Below, piece by piece: positions 27,929 to 41,629 of a DNA stretch of 64,000 nt. The DNA is from Neoconidiobolus thromboides FSU 785 (Eukaryota; Fungi; Entomophthoromycota). The notes beneath the pieces were generated by a model. It was not told the origin of the DNA. It made no database searches and saw only the letters and a program-made list of their open reading frames with translations. The DNA is taken from positions 73,933 through 137,932 of the forward strand of contig MU626297.1 in assembly GCA_025603075.1 (NCBI GenBank). Reading direction: 5' to 3'. How positions within the stretch are numbered: position 1 is the first letter of the stretch; each line of letters starts with the position of its first letter. The translations under genes were made by a program, and so were the position numbers.

Positions 27929-28544
27929 TTAATCATCCTCTAAAGACAATTCTAAGCCTGGCGTATATCCACAATGATGACATATTTTTGTAATCTTATC
28001 ATGGTCTTCATTACATTTTTTATGTGCTTTTAAAAATGGAATGGGCAAATCATAATCTATTTATTGGTTATAAAAATTTAAAAAATAAGTTATTTAAATT
28101 ACGAGTTCCATCACAAAAACTTTTAAATAGATTAAGCAGATTATTATATAACTATTATTAAACTTACGGTGGTTTCTTTGTATATTTACAATGACATATA
28201 CTAAATCTATTACATACTATGGAAGAGTTTGAATTTATCTCAGGTACTTTCCATTTCATTGGTTTAAATGGAGTACCTTTATGACTATCTTTTAAATATA
28301 AATATTATCAATAATATGTATCATTAATAATAGTTACTATCACACCATGGAGAATCTTTACTCAAACCACATCGACAATATAATTTGGTTTCACCTGGAG
28401 TTAAATTTTTTAGATTAATTGGACCAAACTATTAAATTGAATATACTGAAGTTTATAGTATGTATTTTATATGATTACCATTGGTACACAAGGCTTTAAA
28501 TCCCCTAAATCTTCAATATTTAATATATACTCGTCTTTTCCCAT
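27929..28544 (-). CDS. CDGSH iron-sulfur domain protein with two CDGSH motifs (CISD3/MiNT-like), spliced
   Basis: YCRCGLSKDSPWCD|SH and ICHCKYTKKPPFCDGTH. Confidence 0.85.
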
Positions 28545-28719
28545 AGTTTATTTATTAAATTTGATAAATAAAATGTCGAAATTTTGGTTTTTTATAAATT
28601 TAGTCGTTTAATTAATTGCATTTATTATATTAGTTCATTAAAATATAACCCCCCTTTATGTATATTTATTAGGAACAACTGTTAAATTGATTTTTTTTTA
28701 TTTTTTATTTTTAATTATA

Positions 28720-29744
28720 ATGTTTCAATCATTGAATATAATCAAAAGAATTCAATTAGGTCAATTCATAAGTTTTTTATCATTTATGATAATTATAACA
28801 ATTGCTATTTCTGCTGGTTTACAGAATAATAAAGGGTATAAAAAGTCACCGTTAAATCAATTTATTGAAGAAAATAAATCATATGAAGGTGTATTAGTTT
28901 ATTTGACCATTGAAGATATTAACCCAAGTGAAAGAACAATTCAAATTAATAGTAATATTAAATTAAGTTATAACTTATATGAAAAAATAAAAGGGAATAA
29001 TGGTGAGTTTAAGTTTAATTAAAATAAATTTAGTTTATTATTAATTTTAAATTATTTTAGAAACTGTTAATATTTTAGTTCATCACAGTAAAAAATCGTA
29101 TCAATTATATAAAGATAGACCAATGTAATTTATAGCATTTAAAATTAATATTATTATTTATCAATCTATTTAATAGAGAACAAAGTACATTAATTGATTT
29201 TCAAACAGGTGAACCAGATAATTATCCATTTGATTCATACGAATGTTCATTTCCATTTAAAGTATATACCAATAACAGTATTACTTTAGATACCAAATTT
29301 GACTCTGATATTTCTTATCAATTGTTCAATATTAATTTTTCAACCGAACTAAAAACTAATGAGTTTTCATTATTTTTTATAAGTTTAAAAGTGAAAAGAG
29401 CTAATTTAGCTATATTTTTTTCTTTTTTAATTCATTTAATATTATGGTGTTTACCTATTAGTTTAGCTTGTTTAGCTATTAATATTTTTATGAATAAAGT
29501 AACTATCCCTGCTCCATTATTAACTTTTGGTCCAGTTATGTTGTTTTCTATATCAGCTATTAGAGCAGCTCAACCGGGTATTCCTGAAGTAGGAGTATTA
29601 ATAGATTTATTTGGTTATATTTGGTAAGAGTTATTAATTATATATTGCTATTTTTATTAATATTTATTTATTTATTTTAGGTCAGTTGTTATCATATCTA
29701 TTAGTAGTATTGTTATTATACTCTGTTGGGTAGTTCGTAGTTAA
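28720..29744 (+). CDS. DUF4436-like membrane protein (N-terminal TM, extracellular domain with YPFD, three C-terminal TMs), spliced
   Basis: GEPDNYPFDSY, KVKRANLAIFFS..LW, LFSISAIRAAQPGIPEVGVLIDLFGYIW. Confidence 0.65.
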
Positions 29745-29824
29745 CTAGTAAATTAAAGTAATAAATTATTTGATATAATAGAACATAATGATATTAAACA
29801 TACATAATGATAAATTTATTAATA

Positions 29825-30662
29825 TTAATTAAAAGAATAAGATTTAGCTACTCTTTTTATAAAGTGTTTATATTGTAAGTAATTCATATTCTTACTTAAT
29901 GAATAATATTTAATTAATTGTGATTTAATCCAATTTTTCAATTGATTTTTTAATTGTGTATTATTGAATTTATAATCTTTATGAAATAATAATATATTAG
30001 AAAAGATTATTAAAACTATTTTTTGAATTGTAATGTAAGTAATAGATTCTAATTTCATTGTAGTGTTATTTAGTTTGTCATTCTTTTTTTTTAATAAAAT
30101 TAAATTGACTCTATTAATGTTGATTTTTGGTTGAATATATTTCCATGTTTTATATATAAGTTGTTTAATAATATCTAAAAATTAAAATATTAATATGAAG
30201 TTGTATTTAACTTTAAAAAAATACCTACTTAACATAGCAGATAGATTTAATTTATAGGACAATTTATTAATAAATACTATTAATTTTTGTATTATATTTA
30301 ATATTAAATGATAAATATTATGTTTAATTCCTTTCATTCGAGTTTGGTAATAATTTTGAAATAACTTTGGTTCTATAAACTTCATATTCTTTTTTATGTT
30401 TTTTAATTGAAACATTTGATTTTGAAGTTTTAATCCAATTAATCTATTTATTATATATTTCATTAATATTATATTTATTATACAACAATAATTATATATT
30501 ATATTTAATTACCTTATTAATTTTGGTATAACTTTTTTAGTAGCCCCATTAGTATAATCCATTGTAAAACTATTAATACAAGTATTGAAATTTAATTCTG
30601 AATTATTATTTAATAAAACTTGTAAATTATTAGTATCAATTAAATAACCACACCAAGGAAAT

Positions 30663-30711
<49 letters not shown>

Positions 30712-32503
30712 CTTCTGTTGTTTCATAATCATAAAATTCATTATTATAAGCTAATGTTTTTAAATAAATTGGCAGTTGAAAGTTTGTTAATGTTTTTGTT
30801 GGATTAATATAACAACCATATTTTGATATTCCCAAGTGCATTTTTTTTATAAATTTTAATACATTTAATTTACTTGTTGATATTATTAAAAAATCATCTG
30901 TCATTCTTAATATTAAATTATTATTATTGTCATTGAACTCATTTAAAAATTGAGATTGAATAAATGAATAATATAATCCACATAATAAACTTGATATTAT
31001 AGACCCTTGTGGTATTCCGTTCATTTGTATATAGAAATCATTATCTAACTAAATAAAATAAAAAAAATGAAAAAATTTAAATATTCTATTTTATTATTAT
31101 ATTTAATATGAAATTACCTTAACGATATTATTTAATAGATGTTGTTCAAGTACATTTAATAACTCCTTTTTACTTTTAATACTATCTAATTTTTGATTGA
31201 TTATAATATTATCTTTTAAACTTATATTATAATCTTTCATTTCTTGTGGAATTACTAATTGAGTATGTTTTTTTATATATAATCGTTTATGATTTGATTG
31301 ATTTAATTTCAATGTTAATAATTTAAAATAATAATAATTTTCAGACAATATAAACTCATTTGTTAATTTCAATAAATGCTCATGTGACATTCGATCATAA
31401 CATTGTTCAATATCTACTTTACCGAAATAAAATGAACTTGTTGTTTTTATTTTTGAATTATTTTTTAGAAAAGTATTTAATTGTTCATGAATTTCAGTTA
31501 TTCCTAACATTGAACCCTGAAATTTATTTAATTGAAATCTCTTTTCACATTTTAAACTTAAGAAACAATTATATAACGCTTGATTAACTGATTTAATCTT
31601 AAGTTGACTATCATTTTTTATTATCGTTATTAGTTATTATTATTATTATTATTATTATTTACTCTAAATAATACCCAAATGATTTTACATTTGAATTAGT
31701 TATTAATCTTAATATACCACCATTCTTTGGTATAAATCTACCATAACCGAATCCAAATCCTCTACTTTGACATATTTGTTTAATTTCATCCTATAATAAA
31801 TAATAATAAATAATAATAAATAATAATAAATAATAACTTACACTTTTAATTTTAATAAAAATATTATCTTTTTCTAATTTAATTTTATGCTCTTGTTTCA
31901 TTTTATTCCAAACATCAAATCTATAATAACATAATTTATATTTCATATGTTGATGTTCAGTTACATAAAAATTAAATCCAATTAAAGGTAAAACTATATC
32001 ATTAATTAACCATAATATAAAAGAACATAATAATTTTAATTGTTTCTTTTTATATGTTATAGGTTGTGTTTTAATTTCATTTATATCTAAAAATAATAAC
32101 TTAATTGTTTGTATAAAAAATAATGTATTTTATATTACTTGAATTATAATTAAGCCAACTTATTTCATTTATTTTGATATTTTGTATCCAATTATTTAAA
32201 TTATTTACTTCATATTTAGTTGCACTCAAAAATATTTTAATATTTTTTTCAAAAATAATATAATTCTTAATATTTCCAAAAATATAAGGCGGTAGTAGTC
32301 TTTTTAATATATTAGTTACAAATTTATATATTTGTTCATGACTGTTTGGTAAATTATAATTATTGTTAATTGGACAATAATTATCAAATAACTGATTATA
32401 TTGAACTTTATATCGATGATTTTTAATAATTTTTTTTAATATTGATTTAAATTTTAATAATGAATTTGGTATAAATGTATTATTAAATTGATTTGAATTA
32501 TTA

Positions 32504-32564
<61 letters not shown>

Positions 32565-34005
32565 CTAAATTTTAAATTAATTTTAATGAATTTATATTAA
32601 TATTTACCTTTTTTTAATATTTCTTTATTCTTATTTATTTTTTTTAATAATTTATTATAACATTTAATTTTTTTTTTATAATTAGTTGTCTAAAAATAAT
32701 TAATTCAAATCACAATAAATGAATGAATAAATAAATAAATAAATAAATAAATAAAAACTTACTTCAAATTCAAATCTAAAAATATTTTTTAATATATCTA
32801 TATAATCAGTCTTATCTAAACAAACTGTTTTATATTAAATTAATTATATTATATTATATTATATTATAAATCTTAATGAAATTAATTTACATGATATTGG
32901 AATCCTTGAACTATTTTTAAGTTCTGGTTTTGAAAGTATTTTACCATATAAAATAGTCGTTCGTAAAAATTTAATATCACTTGGTTTAAAAGTTTCAAGT
33001 TCAACATCCCTTTTAACTCTTTTTCTTTTATTTAATGAAATTACTTATTATATTAACATGAGTTTATTATAATTATAAGTACATTTATAATTTATTACCT
33101 TCATTGTTTTTACTTTTTACTTGTGAATCATAACCATCTATTTTATCATTTTGATTTTCTAACAAATTGTTTAACTCAAGTTCTATATCCAATGGTGGAC
33201 CTTTATATGATTTATTAATTTAATATCAAATAGAAATATCCGACTTCAGTCTTTGTTTTCTATTACTTAAAATAATAAAATTAAAAGTTACCTGTAATTT
33301 GTCTAAATGATAAATCATTTTCAATTTGATTTACATAACCTTGGATTCTAATTATAATAGTTCTTTTTGTTAATAGCCAAACCATGATGTCAGACCCAAT
33401 ACTAAATATTTGAAAATAAAATTAAAAACAAAATTTATAGATTCAATTTTTAATAACTAAATTAAATTAATTGTGTTTTATTATTTTAATATAAAAATAA
33501 AAATAAAAATTACTTATTTAATAACCAGGACCATGGTTTTGAAGTCAAAACTTGAGTTCGAATATTATTATTTATATCCTTATTTATTTCATTCTTAATT
33601 CTTTAATTTATTTGTAATATTATTAAAAAACCTAAATACCTTGTTTTCATGATTAAGTACACTTAAAATGTGTTTATTTTTAATTAATTCTGTTTTTAAA
33701 TATTCCACTAACTTTTATTTATTAGATTAGATTATTTCAATAAAACTAAATTTGAATACTTTTGTTTGATTATGTTTTATTGTTTCTGGAATTGATATTA
33801 TTACATCTTCACTTATATTTACTCTATTTATATTGATATTATTGGACACAATAAACAGATTTTGAAAATAATACTTATAATTGATAGTATGCTTAAATAG
33901 ATCCTTATTTATAAGCTTCAAATAATAATCTAAAGTTGAAACATAGTTGAATTTTTTACGTAGTACTTTTAGCTGTTTAAAAACATCTTTATTCTTTTGT
34001 TCCAT
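29825..34005 (-). CDS. TERT: Telomerase reverse transcriptase, multi-exon
   Basis: TEN (PWSWLL..IGSDIMVWLL..QITG), CP (YNQLFDNYCP), QFP (EQIYKFV..LLPPYIFGN), T motif (WLINDIVLPLIGFNFYVTE..YYRFDVW), motifs 1/2 (RFIPK..LRLITN), A (KVDIEQCYD), B' (GIPQGSIISSLLC), C (LRMTDDFL), E (FPWCG). Confidence 0.97.
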
Positions 34006-34122
34006 AACCTTTTTACTTGTTGCTTAGTTTATTAAAAAAGCAATTCTTAGTTTCATTTACTGCGAGTTTTTTTAGTATAAATAATTTGTAAAACCAGATT
34101 TTTATTTCTATCTTAGATTAAA

Positions 34123-36347
34123 ATGATTCAGTTTTCCAGTGACGAAGCAACAATTTTAAAAGCCAAGTTAATTAAAGTATTAACAATTAATGAAGAAGAA
34201 TTTATTAATCTTTTTATAGAAGATAATAAATTTTTTCAAGTGATTGAATATAGTTGTAGTGATTTAATACAGACAGCACAGAATAGTTATTTAAATTTAA
34301 TTAATAAATATTTGTTTTTAATTGTTTATAGATGGAGTAATATTGATTTATCTTTATTAAAAGGTAAACCTATTCATCTTTTTATCCCTTCAGTTCCTTT
34401 GCTTTTTGATTTTATTACCTTGTTTGTGGAAAAAAATCAACAGCTTGTTCAAACTATACTGGAGAACTTTTTAACCAAATTTACAGAATTAGAAGTTAGT
34501 TTTATTAATTCAAGAGCAGAAATAGTTGATTATTTAAGATTATTGTTAAAGAGATTAGAAAAAGGAACATATTTGAAATTAAAACAAGAGGAGCAATTTA
34601 ACTTCAAAATATTTGTTTTAAATTTAATCAAAGATTTAAGTCATAGTTTGTTCATTGTATTCAATTTAAATAGAAAGATATGTTCTTGGTATAATTCAAC
34701 AAATGAATTTATATCAACTTTAATGGGATTATATCCAGCTATATCAAAGTTATTTTCAAGTGATGTAGATGTTAATGAAACAATTCAAACTAAAAAGAAA
34801 TATTTAAAACTAGTTAATAGTTGTATTACATTTAATTTTATTGAGCCAATTTTAGATTCAGATATATCAAAACAAAAAAGAATTACAATATTTGATCAAT
34901 TTTATAATCTTTTAATTAAATTTTCTCAAAATAATATTAATGATCCGAATATACCAATTTACTCATTAATTAATGCTTCATTATTTTCAGATCTTAGTTT
35001 AAATTTTGAATATATTCAATTAATAAGTGAAATTTATATGAAATCTTCTTCCTTGGAATTAGAGTAAGTCATTTACTATTATATTATTATATTATTATAT
35101 TATTATTTTATATTTCATTTAATTCATTATTATTTTAGAACTCGTTCTTCAAGGATTGAATATTTAATTGATTTATTAAAAGATTCAATTAAGAATATTG
35201 AAATATTACCTGAAACTAATGAGGATGAACCACCAAAATACTCATCAACAGTACAAAATAATGAAATTAGTTTACATAAGGTAAATAATTTTTAATATAA
35301 TATAATAACATGTATTAATAATAATATATAGAATACGGATACTTTTAATTTAGAAGATGGTGTGCTTGAATCTAAAATATCTCAAATTCAAGAAATATTT
35401 CCAGATTTATCAAACGGTTTTATCAAAAAATGTTTAAAGTATTATAATTTTGATAACGAAATTTTAATTATGAGATTACTTGAAAATGAACTTCCTAAAG
35501 AATTAAAAGAATTAGATAGAAATATGGAAGAGTAAGTTATTACTAAATTATTGAACTTTAATTAAATTATTTTATTAGGGAAAAAGTAATTGAAAATAAA
35601 AATGAAACGAGTATATTATCATCAAGAAGAAATATTCATGATAATGATGAATTTGATATATTTTCAAATAATAATAATAATAATAATCAAATTCCCAAAG
35701 GAATATATCAAAAACAAACAAATGATACTTTAATTAATTATGAAAACAAAATAACACCTTCATTAAAATATAATATTATAAATTTAAGTTATGACCAATA
35801 TGATGATGAATTTGATGAAGAAGATGATTTAAATATTAAATCAATTACAACTGATAATAGTCAATTAGATGATCCTACTGAACAACATCAATCTTTATTA
35901 TATAGTTTTTATTCATCTAATCCTAAGATATTTAGTAGAGATAAAGAAGCTAGAAAATCTAAAGATCGAGTTCAACTTAGAAATAGTACTAATATGAGTG
36001 ATGAACAAATTGAAGGTTGGGCAACAATGATTCATAGAGAGCCATTTAGATTAAAAAAATTAGAAAAGATATATGGATTAGAGTCAATATCTCAAAATAA
36101 TATTCAACAAAATAATAATAATAATAATAATAATAATAAAGTAGATAATAATAATAATAATAATAATAAAGTAGATAATAATAATAATAAAGTAGATAAT
36201 AATAATAATAATTCAAATAAAAATACAAATAATAAATCCAATCAAAGTAAAGCTTATAAAGAACATAATAAAGCAAAAATAAGTAATCATCGTAGAAAAG
36301 ATATGAGACAAAAGAAAATTAATAAACAATTGGGTGATAACATGTAA
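34123..36347 (+). CDS. ASCC2: ASCC2/Cue3 (RQT complex, CUE domain), multi-exon
   Basis: CUE: ISQIQEIFPDLSNGFIKKCLKYY..LLENELP. Also RRNIHDNDEFD, YDDEFD, MSDEQIEGW and C-terminal HNKAKISNHRRKD. Confidence 0.9.
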
Positions 36348-36374
36348 ATTACTTCTATATTTTATTTCTATTCT

Positions 36375-37739
36375 TTATTTCCAAGTCATAACAATATTTT
36401 GTCTTATTATTTTCATCTCTGCAACAAAATCTAATACAATAGACTGCTGTTTACAAACTGGATTGCCACATATTTCTAAACTTTTTAAATTTGGTAATAA
36501 AAATAAATCATTTACTTTTGTTTTTAATAAAGTTGATAAATTGTTTAATCCTATTTCATTTATCTTATTAACATTTAAATCTAGTACTTCTAATTTAGAT
36601 TGTAATAAACTAGGATCCTTTAATAAATCATTTACTAACTCATCATTAAATTCAATATTATTATTTATAAATACTAATTTTTTGATATGTTGAAAATGGA
36701 TTAAACTGTTATAAAACGTAGTATCAGTTACTTCATTTAAACCTAAATCTATACTACTTAAATTATTACAATATCTAGCTAAATCTTGAATTAGATTGAT
36801 ACTTGATTCATCTTTAATTCCACATCGACGGAATTTCAAATTAACTAAATTATGATTATTAATTGACATGGTCCTTGTAATGTATTGTCCTAAATCAACA
36901 CCAGATATTTCTAAGTCTGAAAGTATTCCATTTTTACCATTTACTTCTAAAAACTCAAATAGTACCTTCATTACATTTATGCTATCCTCTATCATATTAA
37001 TTCCTTTTGGATTCTCTATATCTTCTAAAGTTGCTAACCCTAATCCTTTAATATGAGTATTATTTTTAATTGAATTTAAAACATTAATTATTTCTAAATG
37101 AGTGAATTGAACATCAACCAAAGTTACTTCCTCGATGAACAAGTCAGCTACTTCAAAGGGTTGAAAAAATAAGTCTATTAGAGTTAAACTATTACCACTT
37201 AAATCAATTTTTAATGGAAATTTTGCTTCTGAATTACTTTTTATTGCAATTACTAACTGTTGAACTAATTCATCATCTAATTGATTATAACTTAAATTCA
37301 ACGATTTAATATACTTTTGAAATTTTAATAAATGGATTAAACTATTTTGACTACTTTTTTGTAAATTTAAATTAGATAAATCTATTTCAATACCATCTTT
37401 ACCTTGAAATTGTTTTAAAGCATCAAAATAAATGTTTAAATTTTCAATATCTTCTCCAAACTTCGAGTTACCAAAACTAATAAACTTTAAGTGAGTATTT
37501 GAAGTGAGACAGCTGGCCATAGCTAAGATAGCTTCTTTACTTAACTCTTGACCAAAACAATAGAATTCGGTTAAATGAATATTGTTGGTAATAGAATTAA
37601 AAATCGTTATTAATTGAGTTTGTGTTAATTTTCGAAAACTTAACAAATGTAAAGATCTAAGTGTGGAATCATTTGAAATAAGCCGTTTTACCCAGTTTTC
37701 CACTACTTGGATAGTATCATCTTTTTTCCCCCAAGCCAT
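36375..37739 (-). CDS. Intronless RNI-like leucine-rich-repeat protein (454 aa)
   Basis: Repeated LxxLxLxxNxI units (IKSLNLSYNQL, LSSIDLGLNEV, LEVLDLNVNKI); N-terminal RLISNDSTLRSLHL. Confidence 0.8.
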   Translation of the reverse strand: MAWGKKDDTIQVVENWVKRLISNDSTLRSLHLLSFRKLTQTQLITIFNSITNNIHLTEFYCFGQELSKEAILAMASCLTSNTHLKFISFGNSKFGEDIENLNIYFDALKQFQGKDGIEIDLSNLNLQKSSQNSLIHLLKFQKYIKSLNLSYNQLDDELVQQLVIAIKSNSEAKFPLKIDLSGNSLTLIDLFFQPFEVADLFIEEVTLVDVQFTHLEIINVLNSIKNNTHIKGLGLATLEDIENPKGINMIEDSINVMKVLFEFLEVNGKNGILSDLEISGVDLGQYITRTMSINNHNLVNLKFRRCGIKDESSINLIQDLARYCNNLSSIDLGLNEVTDTTFYNSLIHFQHIKKLVFINNNIEFNDELVNDLLKDPSLLQSKLEVLDLNVNKINEIGLNNLSTLLKTKVNDLFLLPNLKSLEICGNPVCKQQSIVLDFVAEMKIIRQNIVMTWK

Positions 37740-38903
37740 AGTTAAGTACTGTTATTTAAAGTTCAAGCTGCTATTTTTTCAAATTTAGAATTTGGAAATC
37801 AGTTATCAAATTGTTTTTTTTGAAATGAAAAAAAAATAAAAATAACACAATTAATGTTTAAAACTTATTTTGTATAAAATTAGTTGTTATTTTTTATAAT
37901 ATAAGAAACATGAGTTACCTGTTTTATTTTTTTATCCTTTTTTCATATCTTAATTTATTTTTTTTATAATTATATTTTGAAATAGTAGTTTTGACTCCCT
38001 GGTTTTGGACCATATATATCATCTAATAAACCTAGGCGTAAGATGCTAATGTTTTGGCCTTTTTCTCTTATTCCTTAAATAGAGTTGGTAAATATTTATT
38101 AAAGAAACACTTGGAGTAGCTATATTATTCTTACAAGAATACAAAAAAATCGTTAGTTTTATGCACAAAGTAACTATAAATTTAAAGACATAATAACTAA
38201 ACTATTATATAAATAGCTTATTATAATATATATTAACATAGTAAATACACTTTTACCTACTAATAAACTTTATAATATACATTATTACACCTATCTATAA
38301 CAAGTATAATGAGTTGAGATGCATAAATAATTATTTATTCTTATTATTTAATAATAACTCAAGTCAAATGTTTTAATCACACTTTTTTTTGATAAGATAA
38401 TAAAATTATTAGATTAACTATTAGCTTATTATTACTTGTATAAAAATGATTCGATGTTATTATCTATATAAAGTAATATGTTATTTTTAAATTTTCATTC
38501 TTTTTGTATGGAAAAACAATTAGTTTCTTCTCCCCTAATTTTATTTAAATGCTTTAATTTAAGGGGATACATCAATAATTTTTTTGATTGGCTGTATTTA
38601 TTTTATGGTTGACTACAATTTGATAGATGATTAGATTTATGAGTCAATTTATAAATTATATACCGTGGGAATAAAGTTAATACAAATGATTGTGTAAATC
38701 AGTAAAACCAATATCACCACATAATCATTTAAATTGGCGCACAATGATTTTAATTGGATAGAACTAAAGGGCATAATACAAGTCAATTCTCGTGACTAAA
38801 TATAGAGTTATTTTAATCATCAGACATAATATGAATAGAATAATATAAAAACAAAGCATTACATTTTAATAAAAAAACTTTGTTTATGAAAAAGAAATTA
38901 AAG

Positions 38904-41629
38904 ATGATGACAACTGAGAAAGAATTAGCAAATCCTACTATTCACCCACCACATTTACCACCTGCCAAACAAGAGCAGATGGAAGAAGTAACAAAATCAT
39001 TTGCTTCTCATCCTCCAGAGGGTTTATCTGACCCAGATCCTATTCATGATGTACCATCAAGATTATTTGATGCTACCAAATATCCAAAACCACACTTTTC
39101 TTCCTTTGAACATTACCAAACTGAACACAAAGAAAGTATAACTAATCCAAATAAATTCTGGGGAGAGGTAATTACTTTAATATTTTTTATTATAATATAA
39201 GTTAATCTTTAAAATTATAGAAAGCAAAAGAATTATTAAGCTGGGATAAACCATTTACTAAAGTTCTTGAAGGGTATGTTAAAATTTAAAATATTGCTTT
39301 ATTGTACTGAAAAATAATTTAGTTCTTTAAAAGAAGGTAACGTTACCTGGTTTGCCGATGGTACTTTAAATGCCAGTTATAATTGTGTTGATCGTCATGC
39401 TGAAAAAAATCCAGATAAGGTAATGACTCTAAAATAATAGGATCAAATTATTAATTATCATTTTTGTAGATTGCTATTATTTATGAAGCAGATGAGCCTG
39501 GTCAGGGTTATAAAGTAACTTATGGGGAATTGAAAGATATGGTATCTCGTTTAGCAAATGTACTTTTATCCTATGGTTTGAAAAAAGGAGATACTGTTGC
39601 TATCTACCTTCCTATGGTACCTGAAGCACTTGCTTCAGTGTTAGCATGTGCTAGAATTGGTGTATTGCATTCGTAATTAATTACTTCGATATTATTATAT
39701 ACTATATTTACTCATTAAATTAGATTGATCTTTGCTGGTTTCTCTGCTAGTTCATTAGGGGATCGTATACGCCATGCTGAGTCAAAAGTACTCATCACCG
39801 CTGATCAAGGTAAAAGAGGTTCCAAAGTAATTGACCTCAAAAAGATCGCAGACGAAGCTGTATTAACTTGCCCAACTATTGAAGTAAGTAAATCAATATT
39901 TAAATTTGAATTTAAATTTAAATGTTTAATTAGAATGTTCTTGTATTCAAAAGAACTGGAAACGTTTCTGTACCATTTCAATCACCACGTGATAAATGGT
40001 GGAATGAAGAATTAGTAATCATATTATAAAAACATTATATATTTCATTAAACTGTTATTTATTTAGCTTAAACATGAAGCTAATTGCCCCCCTGTAGCAG
40101 TAAATGCAGAAGATCCACTATTTTTGTTATATACTTCTGGAAGGTAGCTATTTTAATATGTACATCAAATTAAAACTAAGTTATTTAGTACTGGAACTCC
40201 AAAAGGCGTTGTACATACCACTGCTGGGTACCTTTTAGGTGCTGCAGCAACAACGAAATATGTATTTGATTGTCATGAGGGGGATGTATTTGGATGTACT
40301 GCAGATATCGGGTAATTAATTTTATTTAGTAACAATTATTTAATTAATTTTATTTTAGATGGATTACTGGCCATTCCTACCTTACATATGGCCCACTTGC
40401 TTTAGGACTTACAACTGTTGTATTTGAAAGTGTTCCTACCTATCCAAATGCTTCTCGTTATTGGTATATTATTAATGAATGATGACTTAGAGATATTAAC
40501 TTATTTGATTAGGAAAATGGTAGAAGACCATAAAATAACTCAATTTTATACCTCACCCACTGCTATCCGTGCTTTAAGACGTTTAGGAGATTCATGGGTA
40601 GAAGGCCATGATTTATCTTCTCTCCGTGTTATTGGTAGTGTAGGTGAACCAATCAACCCAGAGGTAATTTAACTAAAAAATACCTGAAAAATAATTAAAC
40701 CATCAATTTTAGGCTTGGGATTGGTATAATCTTAAAGTTGGTAAAGGACAGTGTGCAGTTGTTGATACTTATTGGCAAACTGAAACAGGTTCTATTATCA
40801 TTACGCCACTTCCTGGAGCAGTACGTACTAAGCCAGGATCTGCCACTTTCCCATTCTTTGGTATTGACCCTGTGATTTTAGATGCTCATACTGGTGAAGA
40901 ACTTCTTGGAAACGATGTGACTGGAGTACTTGCAGTTAGAAACCCATGGCCATCTATCACTCGTACTGTATTTAAAGATCATAAAAGATATATGGAAGCT
41001 TATCTTAAAGTTTATGATGGTAATATAATAATATTACAGTATAATATCAGTATTTATAAATATTTTTATTAGGATTTTATTTCACTGGTGATGGCGCAAC
41101 AAGAGATAAGGATGGTTACATATGGATTCGTGGTAGAGTTGATGGTAATAGATATATATTTATATTAAAATTAAGATTATTAATTTAATAAGATGTTATC
41201 AACGTCTCTGGCCATCGTTTAAGTACCTCTGAAATTGAATCTGCTTTGATTCTTAACGGTTCTGTTGCTGAAGCAGCCGTTGTTGGTATTGCAGACCCAG
41301 TAACTGGACAAGCAATTTGTGCCTTTGTTACACTTAAACCAGATATTAAAACACCAGAAGCTGATTTAATTAAAGAATTTGTAGCTGGCGTAAGAAAGAA
41401 CATTGGACCATTTGCAGCACCTAAGAAAATCATTATTACTGAAGATTTACCTAAAACACGCTCTGGTAAAATTATCAGAAGAATTTTAAGAAAGATCGTA
41501 GCTGGTGAAGCTAAAGAAATAGGTGATCTTAGTACAGTTGCTGATCCAAGGTAAATTATAGTAGTTTTTTTAAAATACATTTGTTAACTATTTAGTGTTG
41601 TTGATCAATTGATTAAAAAGGTTGGTTAA
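38904..41629 (+). CDS. ACS1: Acetyl-CoA synthetase (AMP-forming), many short introns
   Basis: LYTSG|[50 protein letters not shown]. Confidence 0.97.

Noticed and set aside
29825-34005. RT as a retrotransposon or Penelope-like element
   Set aside because: TEN, CP, QFP and T motifs, many introns and no element termini identify it as TERT.
37034-37043. CTAACCCTAA, a perfect telomerase-template-like decamer
   Set aside because: It lies inside the LRR CDS (codons for GLGLA on the minus strand) and is best explained as coding coincidence.
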